Origin: Thalia democratica
Lineage: Eukaryota
NCBI GenBank assembly: GCA_965202585.1
Contig: OZ241833.1
Coordinates: 24,614,001-24,678,000, forward strand
DNA length: 64,000 nt
Reading direction: 5' to 3'
How positions within the stretch are numbered: the stretch's first letter is position 1; each line of letters begins with the position of its first letter. A model generated the notes under the pieces. That model saw only the letters and a list, made by a program, of their open reading frames with translations, was not told where the DNA came from and did no database searches. Below are positions 1 through 13,528 of this stretch, piece by piece. The position numbers and the translations under genes are program-made.

Positions 1-837
1 TAAGTTATTTTAAAAGTTAGAGTTTTTAAAAGATATAACTTAACTTTTTATTACATTATTGCAACGTATACTAAAATATTAGTAAAAAAATATTAATAAA
101 TAACATTTTATTTAAATTTTTAAAACAAAAAAATAATTGTAATTATAATAAAATAGTTTTACCATTATGTTTTTAGTTTTAAATTTACATTAGACGCAGT
201 AAAATTGAAAATTTAATTATTAAAAAAAAGAATTAATTTAATAAATAATATAAAAATAATAGTTTAATGTAAAAAATCACCTTAATATTCAGCTACTTTA
301 TATTTAAATTAAACATAAATTTGAATTTTTTACACTAAATTCATATTAACTAGCTTTTACTGTTTCAGTATGTTAGAAGTGACTTTTTAGATTAAGTAAT
401 AAAGTATAGTAAATGATATATATAGTCATAATTAAATAGAATTTTAATCTTAATAAGTCATGATATCGAATACCCGATTGATTTTTGCTTTATCATCTGA
501 AAAAAATATAGAAAATTTTTGGATAAACATTTTCATTGGAATGAAAAATACAAAATGATTAATTGCTTTGTATTTAGATATTCTAGATATGGGAGAATTT
601 TTTCCTATATTTTCAAGCTTCAAGTTTCATCAGAGTAACCGATAAAATAGTTTGTATATAAAAATTTTAAGTTGGTAAAAGTTATTAAGTAATCAACCAA
701 TTTATGTAACCGATGTATAAGCAAAAAAAAAAGACTAAAATATACAACAATAGTGTTTAACTAGACGTTTATGAACTAACCATAAACATACTAAACTGGT
801 TTAGAAATCTTGGACAAAATATTTTTAAAATTCTAAT

Positions 838-3800
838 ATGAAAATGAAGAAAATCTTAGTTTACGCTTTATTAATTATTTTTCAAGCAAAGGTTACTTCA
901 ACGGAAATGGTAAGAAATATTTATTAATACATTTTTTTAATTTTTATGGTTTATAACATAATTGATTTATTTGCAAACATTAAAAATTAGACATAGCTTT
1001 TTGTTTTTTTCTTGATAAATAGTATTTATGATTTTCTAATTAACTGTTTCATTTTGTTTATAAAATAATATTTGTTTTAGGTCACCAATAATTTAAAAAA
1101 AAAACTTTAATTTCATTTTATAACTTTATTACATTACAACATTACTATGTTAAAAACTTATAATTTGAGCTGGCTTTCGAAAAAACTTACTTCATTACAA
1201 AAAAAAACAACTTAAATACTCAACTAATTTATATAACAAAAAAAGTCAGCGTAAAAGTAAAAACGCAATAAAAAACGCTAAAGTTTGTGTTAAAAAATTA
1301 TAGAACAATTTTTTTTTTATTGCGATGTATTTGTGTTTTAAAACGTTTAAAGATCTTCCTAAATTTGTTAAAACAAAAATTAAAACTTTTAAACATATTT
1401 TTGAAATCTAATGTTTTTCAAATTTATAGTCTAACAGTAGTTTTTGGAACATATTCAAACACTTAATAAATCAGTTATAAAAAAGAGTAAAATTGAATGG
1501 TAGATTGTAACTGTTAAGTTAGAGTATCACAAACATTGTAAAAATTTCTATACAATATATTGTTTTTGCATTTCTAAACTTAAAAGAAAACTTGTAAAAT
1601 ATAAAAGCAGGTAAAACTTGTTTAACTACGTATTATTGCACCACATGTATAAGATATAAGAAAATGGTGTTTTATAGTTTTAGAAAAAATTCCTTTGACT
1701 TTAAGTATTGTACTAAACTAGTTGAAAACATTATAAATTTGTATATGACTTTTAATTTTAAGTAGGTTTCAGCTAGGCTATTTTATGTAAAAACAACAAG
1801 TTAATAAAAACATTACATTAATTTCTTTTTATATTTAAATATTTTGTATAAAGTATACATTTTTTAAGCTTAAACTTTGGCCAGAATATTTGTTTCAACA
1901 TTGCCAAAATAAATATAAAACAGTGTCTTCCACCATTAAAAAACAGCTATTAATAAAATTTAATTAATATAAATAATCAAAATATTATTTTTCTAGTTTT
2001 AAGTTCCTTTAAAATATCAGTTTTAACATTATTTCTTGTAAATTTAAAAGTTTTATATTAACAGTAAGAACTTTTTATAAAATGTTCATTTTTTTAGCTA
2101 ATTTTCCACAAAACAAAAACTACTAAAATTTAGTTAAACATATACAAAACAAAAACTCAAATTTTTAAATCACTTATAAGATAATAAAAAAAAACAAGGT
2201 ATAGTTATGTGTTAAATTTTAAAACTTGGTAAACGCTTTGTTTATAACTTTTCAAACAAAAACATTTAACTTGACAATGCAAAAGTATTGTATTTTAAGT
2301 TTAATTTCAATTTTATTTAGTTGCTCATAATCAAAAGTAGTTTTTTTTGTGTATACTTTTTCATGTGCATCTATATTCAATTCATTGATTTTTTTATTTT
2401 ATAAAGGTCTACCCGAGACTATTTCAAACTATTTTTCAAGCTAGTTTACTTTTTTATTACTCTTTAATTTGATTTATTAACTATAAAGTATTTTACTAAG
2501 TTTTATCAAACACGAAATAAATTAAATCGATGTTAGAAAAGAGCATGTTTGATAAAAGTAATTAAAAACTAAGTTTGTTTTCATGGTTAATTAATGTTCA
2601 AAACAATTCCATTATTATTTAATTCGAAAAGAGAATACGTTAACTTATATTCTCATAACGAAATCTACAGGAAAAATTTAAAACTTTTTAGGTTCATGAA
2701 AATGATAAGCTGAAAGAAAAACTTGCTTCGCAGCCAACATTGTTTTGTAACAAATCGGTTAAAAATACGTGTGTTTGTTCCACATCAAAAGGTTAGTTGT
2801 TGACTTACAAGTGAAAATAGTGTTTTTGTTGAGTAATAATACGTAACACTTTTTATCAGCAACACTTAGGTGAACTAATATTAGTTTTATTATTTATCGA
2901 CCATTTTTATCAACAACATTTCGTTAGTAATATCGAATTTTTTTAAACTTTTTTATTTCTAAAAACCTAAAACTCAATTTAAGATCCAGCACAAAAGGTA
3001 TTTCAAAAAGCAATCAGTTTGACACTGCATAAAATTGAGTACATTTAAAAATGTCGTGTACTCAGTATACTGTCATTTTCTTAATTTTTGTAATTCACCT
3101 TGTCTCGCGGTATCTTTGTACATTAATTGATTCCAAGATAATGACAACCTTACAGTTAAAATTACTTTATTTTTTTATAATTAAATACTAAACATGTTAC
3201 TACATTTTTATTTCAAACAAACAATCATAAAGTTTTATCCATAAACTTATAAAGTTTTTGGGAAAATAAGATTGACTAATCTTTAAAGTTAATTTATTTT
3301 AATCTTACATAGAAATTTTTCAAACTTAAATTCAAGTTTTGCTTTTTGTTGGAACAAAATAAAATTGTTCTAATATAAAATGCCTAATATGATGTTACTA
3401 GGCTAAGCTTTACTTGATATTCTTTTAGTAACCTAATTTTTTTAGTTGCTTCTGCGAAATTTTAAGATTTTTTTGTATTATTGCTGGCTCACCAATATAA
3501 AAGTATTTTATTGTAAACAACTTTATTTATGCCTAAAAAAATAAATTTAATTGAAAAAAACTTTTTTTAATATTTTGATTTAAAATAGATATGTTTAAAA
3601 ATTTTGTACAACTTAAATTGAACTGCTTATTATTAAATTTAAAAGGTTGTTAAATATAGCACTGTTTTTTGTATTATACTAAAACAAAATTTTTTTTTAG
3701 ACGTAAATGGAAACTTTTCTTTGCAGCTCAAATGCGTAAACTTGAAGTTTATAAATTTAACTTTAAACGAAAATTCATTTGAATTTGTTGACGAGTTGTG

Positions 3801-6800
3801 AGTTTGATTCAAAGAATGAAACAGTGATTTCGACTTAAGTTAAATAGAGACTGAAATTTTTTATATAAAAGCCTAAATATATAATTAGTTTACAAAACTT
3901 ATTTAAACTAAAGTTTTACTTTTGAGCTAAATTACATGATAACAACTTTCTAGACTTAATGATTAATTATCCTTTTTATATTTTTATAAACTTTTTAATT
4001 TAGACAATTAAAGCTTTGTTAAAGTAAGTATACGTATATTTAATTGTTTTGAGTTTATCAGATTAACATTGACCTTAGTATAAAAGCCAAATTTTAAATT
4101 ATTGATAAAGTAAAGCTTATAATGATTTTATTTGGATAATCAAGGAAGCTAGAAGTTGTTTATAAACAAAATCAATTCTTAAAATTAAATAATAATATAA
4201 ATTTTCCTAGGTTCTATACTACTTTTTATATTCGTAATTTTAATTAAAAATAAAAGTAAACTTTTATGAATTGAGAATTTTTTTTTTTCATGTGGTTCAT
4301 ATAATAGAACATTTTTAATCTAAAAAACAATCAAAACAATTTCTATATTTCATTCTTAATTATTTTACTTATTACACATTTAATGAATCATTAATGATAT
4401 TATAACAGTTTTGATAAAAAAATATAAACAAAATAATTTCATTATAAAATTGAAGCCTTAAAAAATTATTTGAGTACCAGTTTATTTAAACAAAAAATAT
4501 AAACCAAAATACTTTTAGTTACTTTAAAATACTTTTAAAATACTTATAGAACATTAGTAAATACAAAGATGGAAGAGATAAATGTAACTACATTTGACGA
4601 AGCATCATTTGACAACTTAGAGTGTTTGTAAGTTTGAGTTTTGTAAATCATACATTGTATTTTAGATTTAATCACATACACTGTATACAAATGGGAACGG
4701 GTCTAAATTGCACGAAGACAAAAATGCACGAGGGGACTAAATTGCACGAGAACAAAACTGCACGAGTGTACAAAATTGCGCGAAGCCAAATTTGCACAAA
4801 GCCAAATTTGCACGAGGCCACAAAACTGTATGAGGGGACAAAATTGTACGAAGACGATTTTGCGACCAGGGTCAATTATGCAAGAGTTAAATTTTTGCAC
4901 GTGAGTAGAAAAATAACAAAAAAAAAAAAAAAAAGAAACAGAAAAAAAAGAAAAAAAAAAAAAGAAACAAAAGTTCCGAGGGTAAGGGTTAGGGGTAATA
5001 GTGATAGTAAAAAAAAAAAAATGGAAAAAAAAAATGGTTAATAAAAATTATAATAAAAAAAAATTAATTGAAAAAAAAAGCTACAGACCGAGGGTAAGGG
5101 TTAAGGGTAACAGTGATAGTAAAAAAAATAAATAAATAAAAATAATTAAAAAATAGAAAAGAAAAAAAAAAGAAGTTATAAATTAAAATAAAAACTTACT
5201 GACCGAGGGTAAGGGTTAGGGGTAACAGTGATATTAAAAATTAAAAAAAAAACTATATAAAAAAAAAAAAAAATTTTTTAATAAAAAAATAATAAATAAA
5301 TTAAAAAAAATTCAACCCGTGCAAAATTGTCTCCGTGCAAAATTGTCTGCTCGTGCAAAAGTATCATCGTGCATTTTTATCCCCTCATGCTAAAGTATCT
5401 TCGTGCAAATGTTGTGAACTCGTACAATTTTGTACGCACGCGCAATATAGACAGCTACCCTATACAAATATATGCTTGGCTGTTTTTAGCAGTTTAATTC
5501 GATAGGCGTTAAAATTAAAAAAACTCTTGATTATACTTTTCGAATGTTTAACATAAAACTTTACATGAATTTATTATAGTGTTACAGTCCTTTTTTTATC
5601 GAAGCTTTTATGAATTTTTACTTAAAATGTAGTTTCTTATTTTATTTTAAATTATCAACAGTGGATAAATAATACAATTGACATTACTTTTTTTACTGGT
5701 TAAATGTCTAACTTATCTATATAGTCACCTCTTTCTATTTGAAAAGTTATTAAAATTATTGGTTCATTAATGCTGTATATTTTAACAGAACGATATTATC
5801 AGATTCAGCTCTTAGAAGCATAAAACAGTTCAGTTTTATCGGTTTCAAGAACATTAAAGTGATGTTTGTCTGTACTTATTATATTCAACTATTTTTAAAA
5901 CAGTTAAATAGTGTTAACTAGTAAAATAAAATTATAACTTTAAAGTTTTTAACACTGTTATTTTTTAGTTTAAGTCAACTAACCTTTGAAAGCTATTACA
6001 AAAACAGTTTTAAGCATAAAAATGTAAAACTTATTTTGATTTATAATTCCACGTATTTAACTATTTTAACAGTGAGCTTATCAATCTGCCCGAACTAAAA
6101 AGCATTTCAGAATTTGCATTCACACACTTGTTCAGACTAACAAAAATGTTAGTTGCTACCTTATGTTATCAAACAAGTTCTAAAAAGAACCATGTATGCA
6201 ATAAGTTAAAAAGTAATTAATTTATATAGGTATTTTTTTACTTAGTTAAATAATTCCTATTATTGACAACAAATTATTTAAAATACATTTTACTTTAAAG
6301 TTTTAACTAGATAGATTTAAAATTTAGTATGTATTTTAACAGAGAAATAAAAAGAACAGGCCTACAAAATATACAAGGACTAACAAGAATTAACACAAAT
6401 ATCCATTTGCATATGTTAATTTAAAAAAACTTAGAATATATTTGTATTTAAAATATCAACTTTTTGTGTACAGAAAACTTGATTGATTTTATTTTTTCTT
6501 TTTAATGAAATGATAATTGTTTATTAGTTTTAAGATTTATACTTAAAGAATGATGATTTTGTTGAACAGTTTTAAAACTGTACTAGTTAAAAAACTTTAC
6601 AACAATATAAAATTTTGTTTAAACAAATATTTGCAAGTAAATAAAATGTATTAATTTTTCTATAATAATTAAATAACTTGAAAAACTTACATGCTATCCA
6701 AAAAAAAAGTTTTAATAAATATATTATACTTTATAAAGTTTATTTTTAATATAAACGTCAATAATGTTTTATTGAAACGTTATTTAAAGTTTATTATTGT

Positions 6801-9800
6801 TAATAGAATTTTGGAACAAAATAACAATTTAGTCACAATTAATTCCCATAGTTTTGGATGTGCAAAACATCATACAATTAGGTAAATTGTTATATTATTT
6901 AATAAAATGTTAATACTACGCATATTCTGTTAAATTTTTGAATAAATCTAAATTATTTTTTTATACCAGCATCATCGGTAATAGAATGTTAGAGTCAGTT
7001 GAAAACTTTGCATTTGAATGCACTAAGGTTGAAGAATTGTAAGTTTTTAATTATCCATAGTTAACATAATTCAAAAATGTTTATATATTTTTTTTATTAA
7101 CAACTGGTTTATCTTTTCATAGCCTTGATAAAAAATATTTGGACAAAAAAAAATTACGGGCCCATAAACTTAAAAAATAATTAATCTCATAAAAATTTTA
7201 CGTTTTTATGATACAAAAAAACAGTTACCTTTTTATTAAAACTCCTTAATAAACCTTTTTTTAAGATTTCTAAGAAACAACTTGAAGCTGACAACTCTTA
7301 AAGAAAGAGCTTTTGAAGACATTTGCGAGGAAGCTTGTGATATTGGTTTGAGAATACTGTAAGAAGCAAGTTTTGTAACTTACAGAGAAACTTACATTCA
7401 ATTTTTTTCTACTTGATTTTAGCCAATGAAAAAAAATACATGTAATCTATCCAAAACATTTTAACTTTATCACAGAGACTTATCAAACACAAACATCCAA
7501 GAACTACCTGTAGCCGGTCTTGCAAAGCTCACACAGCTGAACTTAAAAAATTCCCCCAAACTGATCAAATTTCCCCACAAAAATTCCCTGCCGTCGCTGA
7601 GAGAGGCCCACGTGACTTACGAGTATCACTGCTGCGCTCTGAAAAGCGCCGAAAAAGAGCGAATGGAGCAAAGAAATGTTTATTTCCGCGCACGAAGTAA
7701 CGCGACGCCTGCGAAAAAGTTGGTCAGACGTCAAACACATGAGAGTTATTTTGACGATGAAAACTACGTGTTTGATGGTCTAGAAGTATACGGTAATTTT
7801 TTGTTTGTTTTGAATAAAAGACAACAGTAATAAAACACTCTTTGCATATGTTTTAGAAATACCGAGCACTGAAAATGAAGACATTGGTTACACCATTGAC
7901 TACAACAAGTAAAAACATACTTTAACAAATAACTCAAACAAATTATCAAAATTGGTTTATTTCAGTAGAAGCGACGCAAGCGTTCTTCCTCCTTTGGTCT
8001 ACGACGTCTTCCGAGATGACGGCACGCCATTGGCCCATTCTGAGCCAATGAAATGCCAGCCTCATCCGGACGACCTGAACCCGTGCGAAGATTTGCTGGG
8101 CAGCAAGCTGGTCAACGTTTCCGCGTGGCTCACGTCCGTCCTGTCTCTCGCCGGAAACGCGACGTGCTTCGTCGTCATCGCCGTGACGTACATCAGAAGC
8201 TCTCGCGCCGACTTCTCCGTCGACAGGCTGCTGATCGCGCACCTGTCGCTCGCCGACTTCCTGATGGGGGCGCACCTGCTCCTGCTGGCGCTGGTGAGCA
8301 CTGTGACGTCAGAGGAGTACTACAGGTTCTGGGTGGGGTGGCAGTTGATGGGCGGTTGCGACGCGGCAGGGTTCATTTCCATGCTTTCAACGGTGATGTC
8401 CATGTACACTTTGAGCCTCATATCCATTGAGCGGTGGTTGGTTTGTTAGATTTTTTTGTGTTTATTGTTTGATTGGATACTTTTTTTCGAAATGAATAAA
8501 TTTAAAACATGTGGTTTCTGTTGGACTTGCTGCCTGTAGGTCGTCGTAGTCTTTTCAAATGGTTTATTAGCTTGATTATGTGCAGTTGTTAGTAAACATC
8601 AGATTGTGATACAGTAAACTTCATAAAATTGTTTTAAAGTTTTAAAGAAGTCTATTAAATTGGTTTAAAATAGTTGGCAACTTTTCTAATTGGCGGGTTA
8701 AATTTGCTAAAAAGATGTATTTCCTTACGAGCAAACAACTAATCAAATAAAAAGTTAATGTTCTAAAATAGAGATAGTCAATGTACAGTCTGCGACGACA
8801 TCTTTTAAATAATAAACTAGTGAAAAAAAAAAAACTTTTGCCATAACAAATTTGAAAAGTGTACTTAATTTGATTTTTAGTGCTTATCAGATGATTGTTT
8901 AATTAAAAAAAGATTCTTTTTTAAGTTTTTTTTGTAAATATTTTACAAACTTAAGCGACTTGCGAAAATATTTACATAAAAAACTTAAAGAAAATTTTTT
9001 TTTTAATTAAACAATCATCTGATAAGCACTAAAAATCAAATTAAGTACACACTTCAAATTTTTTATGGCAAAAGTTTTTTTTTTTTTTTCACTCGTTTGT
9101 TATTTAAAAGATGTCGTCGCAGACTGTACATTGACCATCTCAATTTTAGAACATTATCTTTTTATTTGATTAGTTGTTTGCTCGTAAGGAAATACATATT
9201 TGTTTAAAATTTAAACTTTATACAAACTTTTGTAATACCTTAGCTTAGAACGCCGTATAGATAAATTAGAAGTGAACAAACTTTAAATACTAGATAAGAT
9301 TTAAGAAATTTTAAAACTTTAATTTTCATTCGATCTTTGTTTTGAACTTTTCAAAGATAATGATCTATCTGCGTGATTTTGAATTTAGTTCTCTATTTTT
9401 TATTAAGTTTATGTAACAAACTTTTTGTTTTCTACTAAATAAGTTTAAACTAAAATTAATGCCGTTTTTAAAAAAATGTGTTTTTGATAACAAACTTAGC
9501 TGAATTTATTATGTTAAATTCAAGTCAAGTTTTTTATCAACAAGTAAACTTGAACTAGCTACTAGTTGCGTTTAGAATATTCGGAAGCTGTTTGACAGCT
9601 AAATTTTTTTTTTTTTATTTAGTTTGCAAATTCAACGCCGACTAATCAACTTAACTTTTTAGTCTCGGTAGCCTTTTCCATACTATTAAGTAACTTTTAT
9701 GTGTTTGTTCAAATTTTTAAAAACAAAACTAAATTTTTAAATATTCGCAATTTTATTACTGTTAACTTATAAATAAATAAACTTTCCTTTGAATGATTGT

Positions 9801-12126
9801 GATTTTAAAGAATTTTTTACTTGAAACTGTAGTTTTAATTGTAATAAAATTCAAGTAGTTTTCTTTCAAAACTTAGAAAAATTGTTTTATATTTATTAAA
9901 ATTGGTTTCATGTTTGTTCAAACTCAAATAGAAAGCACCTGTGATTTAAATACAGCACAAAAAAAAAACACTTATATAAAAACTTAAAATTAAATTTAAA
10001 CTAATTAGCCGGACGACGTTACATATTTCTGCGCAAAATAAATTTTTATACTTGGTGATCAAATTTTTATTGATTTTCAAACAGCAAAACTTAAATGTCA
10101 AAAGGTACACAATCAAAAACGCGATGCAGCTGGAAAAGCGCATGAGTAAGAAGACGTGCAAGCTGCTTATTTTGTTTGGGTGGATATTTTCAGTTGTTAT
10201 GGCGGCACTACCTTTGTTTAACATCAACACTTACAGAAAATCTGCAATTTGCTTACCTTTGGCAGTAGAAACTTTGTCGGGTTATTTTGAACGTTTAAAA
10301 GAGACTTTAGGCCAAATTAAGTTGCTTTATGTAAGCTAGACAGTTTAATTGCTCTTCCAGATTCAATTAAATAAAAGTTGTTAAGTACAAAGTATTGAGT
10401 TACTTGGTGATAAACTAATTTGATTAAGATTAAAATGTTTTCCAAAAACATTTGTGTTTTAAACATGTTATATGCATTTGAAAAATTTACAACTTTTTAG
10501 GCACTTGTTAAGATTGTATTTTCAATTTTTTAACTTCAAATAAATAAGATTATATTTAGTTATCATATACTAACTTTCAATTTTATATTCCACTTTATTT
10601 TTGTAGTGATTTTTAATATGCAACAGATCAACTCTACATAGGAGCTGTGCTAGTTTTTTACATAACAGCCTTCACAACTGTTGTTTTGTGTTACTATTCG
10701 ATGTGGAAAAGTTTGCAGATTAACAAACAGTTAGTTTATTATTAATATAAGTTTTTTATGTTTTATTAGCTTTTTTCACTACTGTTTTAATTAATTTTTA
10801 AATAACTAATTGTATAAACTACGGCAACACTATACAATAGCCTATTTATAGTAACTTGGCATAATTCAACAAATTTAACTTTTATGTATTAAAGTAAAAA
10901 AAAAACGTTAAACAAAATATTCAAACCTTTTAAAGTTTCACAACACTTATCAACAGCTCAAAGAAGAGTAAAAAATCAACGAGAATAAGCTTTTGGCACA
11001 ACGAAGACTCCCGCATCGCCAAGAGAATGTCGGTTTTGGTCTTTTCGAACTTCATCAGCTTCTTCCCCATTTGCATCCTGACGACATCGGCGTTTTTGTA
11101 CAAACCCCTGGTTGACATCACAACCGTCAAAGTGCTTCTGGTCGTTTTGTACCCGCTGAATTCCTGCTGCAACCCTTTTTTGTACGCTATTTTGACCAAG
11201 TAAGTCGATGAGTTTCATGTAAACACCGCTTATAAAGCTTAGCAAATAAAAACTAACAAATTTTTCTGTATATATAACTAATAGCGTACTTTATTCTTTA
11301 AAGGTGGCAATTAAATTTTATTAAACAGTGTTAAATTTGATTACATTTTAAACAACTGAAGAACTCGTCTTAAAACGAGTGAAACATTGTTTTGTTAAAT
11401 AAAATTGAAAATTTATTATATATAACTAATAGCATAAAATTAAAAACCAAAAATAAAATTTTGTTCGATAAATTGTTATATGTAGAAATAAGCCATCAAA
11501 TTTGCTTGCAAAAATGCAATTACAGTGTTACTTTTACATAAAAATAAAAATGTTCACGAAACTTTTTTAACTATTTTGAAATTGAACTATTATAACACAT
11601 AAAACCGAACAAATTATTATACAATAACACAAGCTGTTTTTTTTTTGAGCAACGCTTATGTAATTGAAATTTAAACAAAAAACAGTCAAATGACTTTATA
11701 AAACTCCCTACAAATCAATCAACTTTTCTTGCCAATTGAAAAACAATAAAATTTTTGCCCTTTGGGAAAAACTTAAACTCGCCAAAAAATAGTACATGCA
11801 AACTAGTTATTTTTCATTAAAAGCACAATATGGTGTTACTTATTTCCAGTAAAAAAAATTTCCAGTAAACATTTTGACTAATAAACCTACAACAAATGAT
11901 AAGCTTTGACATAAGTAAACAAAACAAAAAAAAAAAGAGTAATGATGCAAAAAAAAATTCCAGGTCTTTTAGAAAAGATTTACTTAAAATTGTGAAAATC
12001 AGCAAAATATTCAACGCAGCAAGTGTTAAAGCAAATGAAGTTTCATCTAAATTTTTATCAAAAAAAGTTTCTACAACAACTTCAAGTACAACACGAAAAG
12101 AAACCAATTTGGTCACAAGCTTATAG
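838..12126 (+). CDS. Leucine-rich-repeat-containing GPCR (glycoprotein hormone receptor-like / LGR), 17 exons, 776 aa
   Basis: Exons: 838-909, 2692-2791, 3701-3797, 4550-4627, 5789-5863, 6073-6147, 6343-6414, 6807-6881, 6970-7038, 7266-7358, 7476-7792, 7857-7908, 7966-8436, 10105-10280, 10627-10729, 10957-11199, 11964-12126 (2331 nt, frame-consistent, GT-AG). Features: signal peptide MKMKKILVYALLIIFQAKVTS; Cys cap (FC..TCVC..LKC); 69-93 nt phase-2 LRR exons; hinge TYEYHCCAL; CQPHPDDLNPCEDLLG; TM2 LSLADFLMG; ERW at end of TM3; TM6 RIAKRMSVLVFSNF; TM7 [22 protein letters not shown]. Family is clear; orthology is not. Confidence 0.93.
4693..5460. mobile_element. Non-autonomous Mutator (MULE)-type MITE in LGR intron 4
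   Basis: Perfect 9-bp TSD tatacaaat at 4684-4692 and 5461-5469. GGG...CCC termini with imperfect TIRs (GGGAACGGGTCTAAATTGCACG vs GGGTAGCTGTCTATATTGCGCG). Subterminal TGCACGA repeats are inverted at the two ends. Three internal GAGGGTAAGGGTTA(G/A)GGGTAA motifs lie in poly-A spacers. Confidence 0.88.
8715..9197. repeat. Near-perfect long palindrome (foldback element) in LGR intron 13
   Basis: Arms of about 235 bp: atgtatttccttacgagcaaacaactaatc pairs with gattagttgtttgctcgtaaggaaatacat, and cagtctgcgacgacatc pairs with gatgtcgtcgcagactg. Loop of about 11 nt near 8950-8960. No clear TSD. Confidence 0.92.
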
Positions 12127-12557
12127 CACATAAATTACTAAACTGTTTTACTTGCTCTGTAATATGTAACTCTTTTTATGCGTAATCATAATATCATGTT
12201 TATAATATTAAGCATCAAACTTACTTTTTTTCATCTCGGTTTAGTTTTAAAATTTTAAAATAATTTAAAAAGATAAAGTTTTCATGTTTATTTATCCTCA
12301 AATGTTTCTCATGTAGGTATATATGAACAGTAAACTTATGATACTAAAACTTTTTCAGTAGGTAGGTACATTTGACCTTTAATATTATTTTCTCGAAGCC
12401 TTTAATAGCATTCTTTTTAATGATTACAAAAGTGTCTGTAATAAACATTTATTGTATTTTTTTGTAAATATCATTTAAAAAAAATGGATGATTAAGTTTA
12501 ATTACGAATGCACCAATAATACAAGCGTAACGACTAATGTTCCTACAATGATAAACG

Positions 12558-12610
<53 letters not shown>

Positions 12611-12634
12611 CATAATAATAATTATTATTATTAT
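12558..12634. repeat. (AAT)n microsatellite followed by a short (ATT)n tract
   Basis: Read directly from the sequence. Confidence 0.95.
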
Positions 12635-12830
12635 AAAAATAATAAAAATAATAAAGCACAAACAGGACCTTAATTAACTTCTACTTCGTTAACTCTTTTT
12701 AAAACAAGTGTTACTTTATTAGAATTTTAAAGTAAGTGCGTAATTACTAATTGTATAACTTGACATATTGTTTAAAAACTATAACAAATTACATTTATTT
12801 AGTAACCATTGTTTCTTTACTTCTTTACAG

Positions 12831-13528
12831 GAGAACGGTTCACTTTTGCACGATGGGTCATTTTTGCACGAGATTGAAAATATTAAAAAAATATATAGAT
12901 AAATAAAAGAAAAATCAATTATTTACTAATATTAAATAACTATTTAATAAAAGTATATATAAAAAGATAGTTTTGACACAAAAACATCTGTGGTATAAAA
13001 AGATTAACTAATAAAAAAAAGTTACTGACTTATGGTAAGGGTTAGTGGTAACCGTTATAATAATAATAAAAAATAAAGTAGTAAAAGTTACAAAACAAAA
13101 TAAAAATATAAACTAGATAAAAAAAAACTATTAAAGAAACATAAAGAAAAAAAATACTGACAAAGGGTAAGGGTTAGGGGTAACAGTGATGAAAAAAAAT
13201 TAAACAATAAGAATTATCAAAAAATTAGGAATAAAAAAAAGTTATAAAAAATGAATTTAAAAAAAACAATAATAAATAAAAAGTTTTTAAAAATATATCG
13301 ACCGAAAGTAAGGGTTAGTGGTAGTCGTGAAAGTAAAAAAAAATAATTTAAGTTAATAAATAAAATATTAAATCTTTTTTCAACTTGTGCAAAAGTGTCT
13401 TCGTGCAAAAATTTCCGCTCATGCTAAAGTGACGCTCGTGAAAAATTGTGCACTTGTGCAAAAGTGACCCTGCGTGTAAAAGTGACGCCGTGCAAAAGTG
13501 TCCTCTCGTGCAAAATTGACACCCACCC
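12831..13528. mobile_element. Second copy of the MULE-type MITE family
   Basis: 9-bp TSD tctttacag (12822-12830) / tctttagag (13529-13537), 8/9 match. Same TGCACGA subterminal repeats, three GGTAAGGGTTAG(G/T)GG motifs and A-rich spacers as 4693-5460. Confidence 0.82.

Noticed and set aside
2984-3038. Candidate extra LGR exon (DPAQKVFQKAISLTLHKI)
   Set aside because: Exon 2692-2791 joins 3701-3797 in frame and completes the Cys cap; inserting this segment breaks the phase.
4622-5041. 139-aa ORF with a Lys-rich tail
   Set aside because: It lies almost entirely within the MULE-type MITE; the peptide comes from TGCACGA repeats and poly-A.
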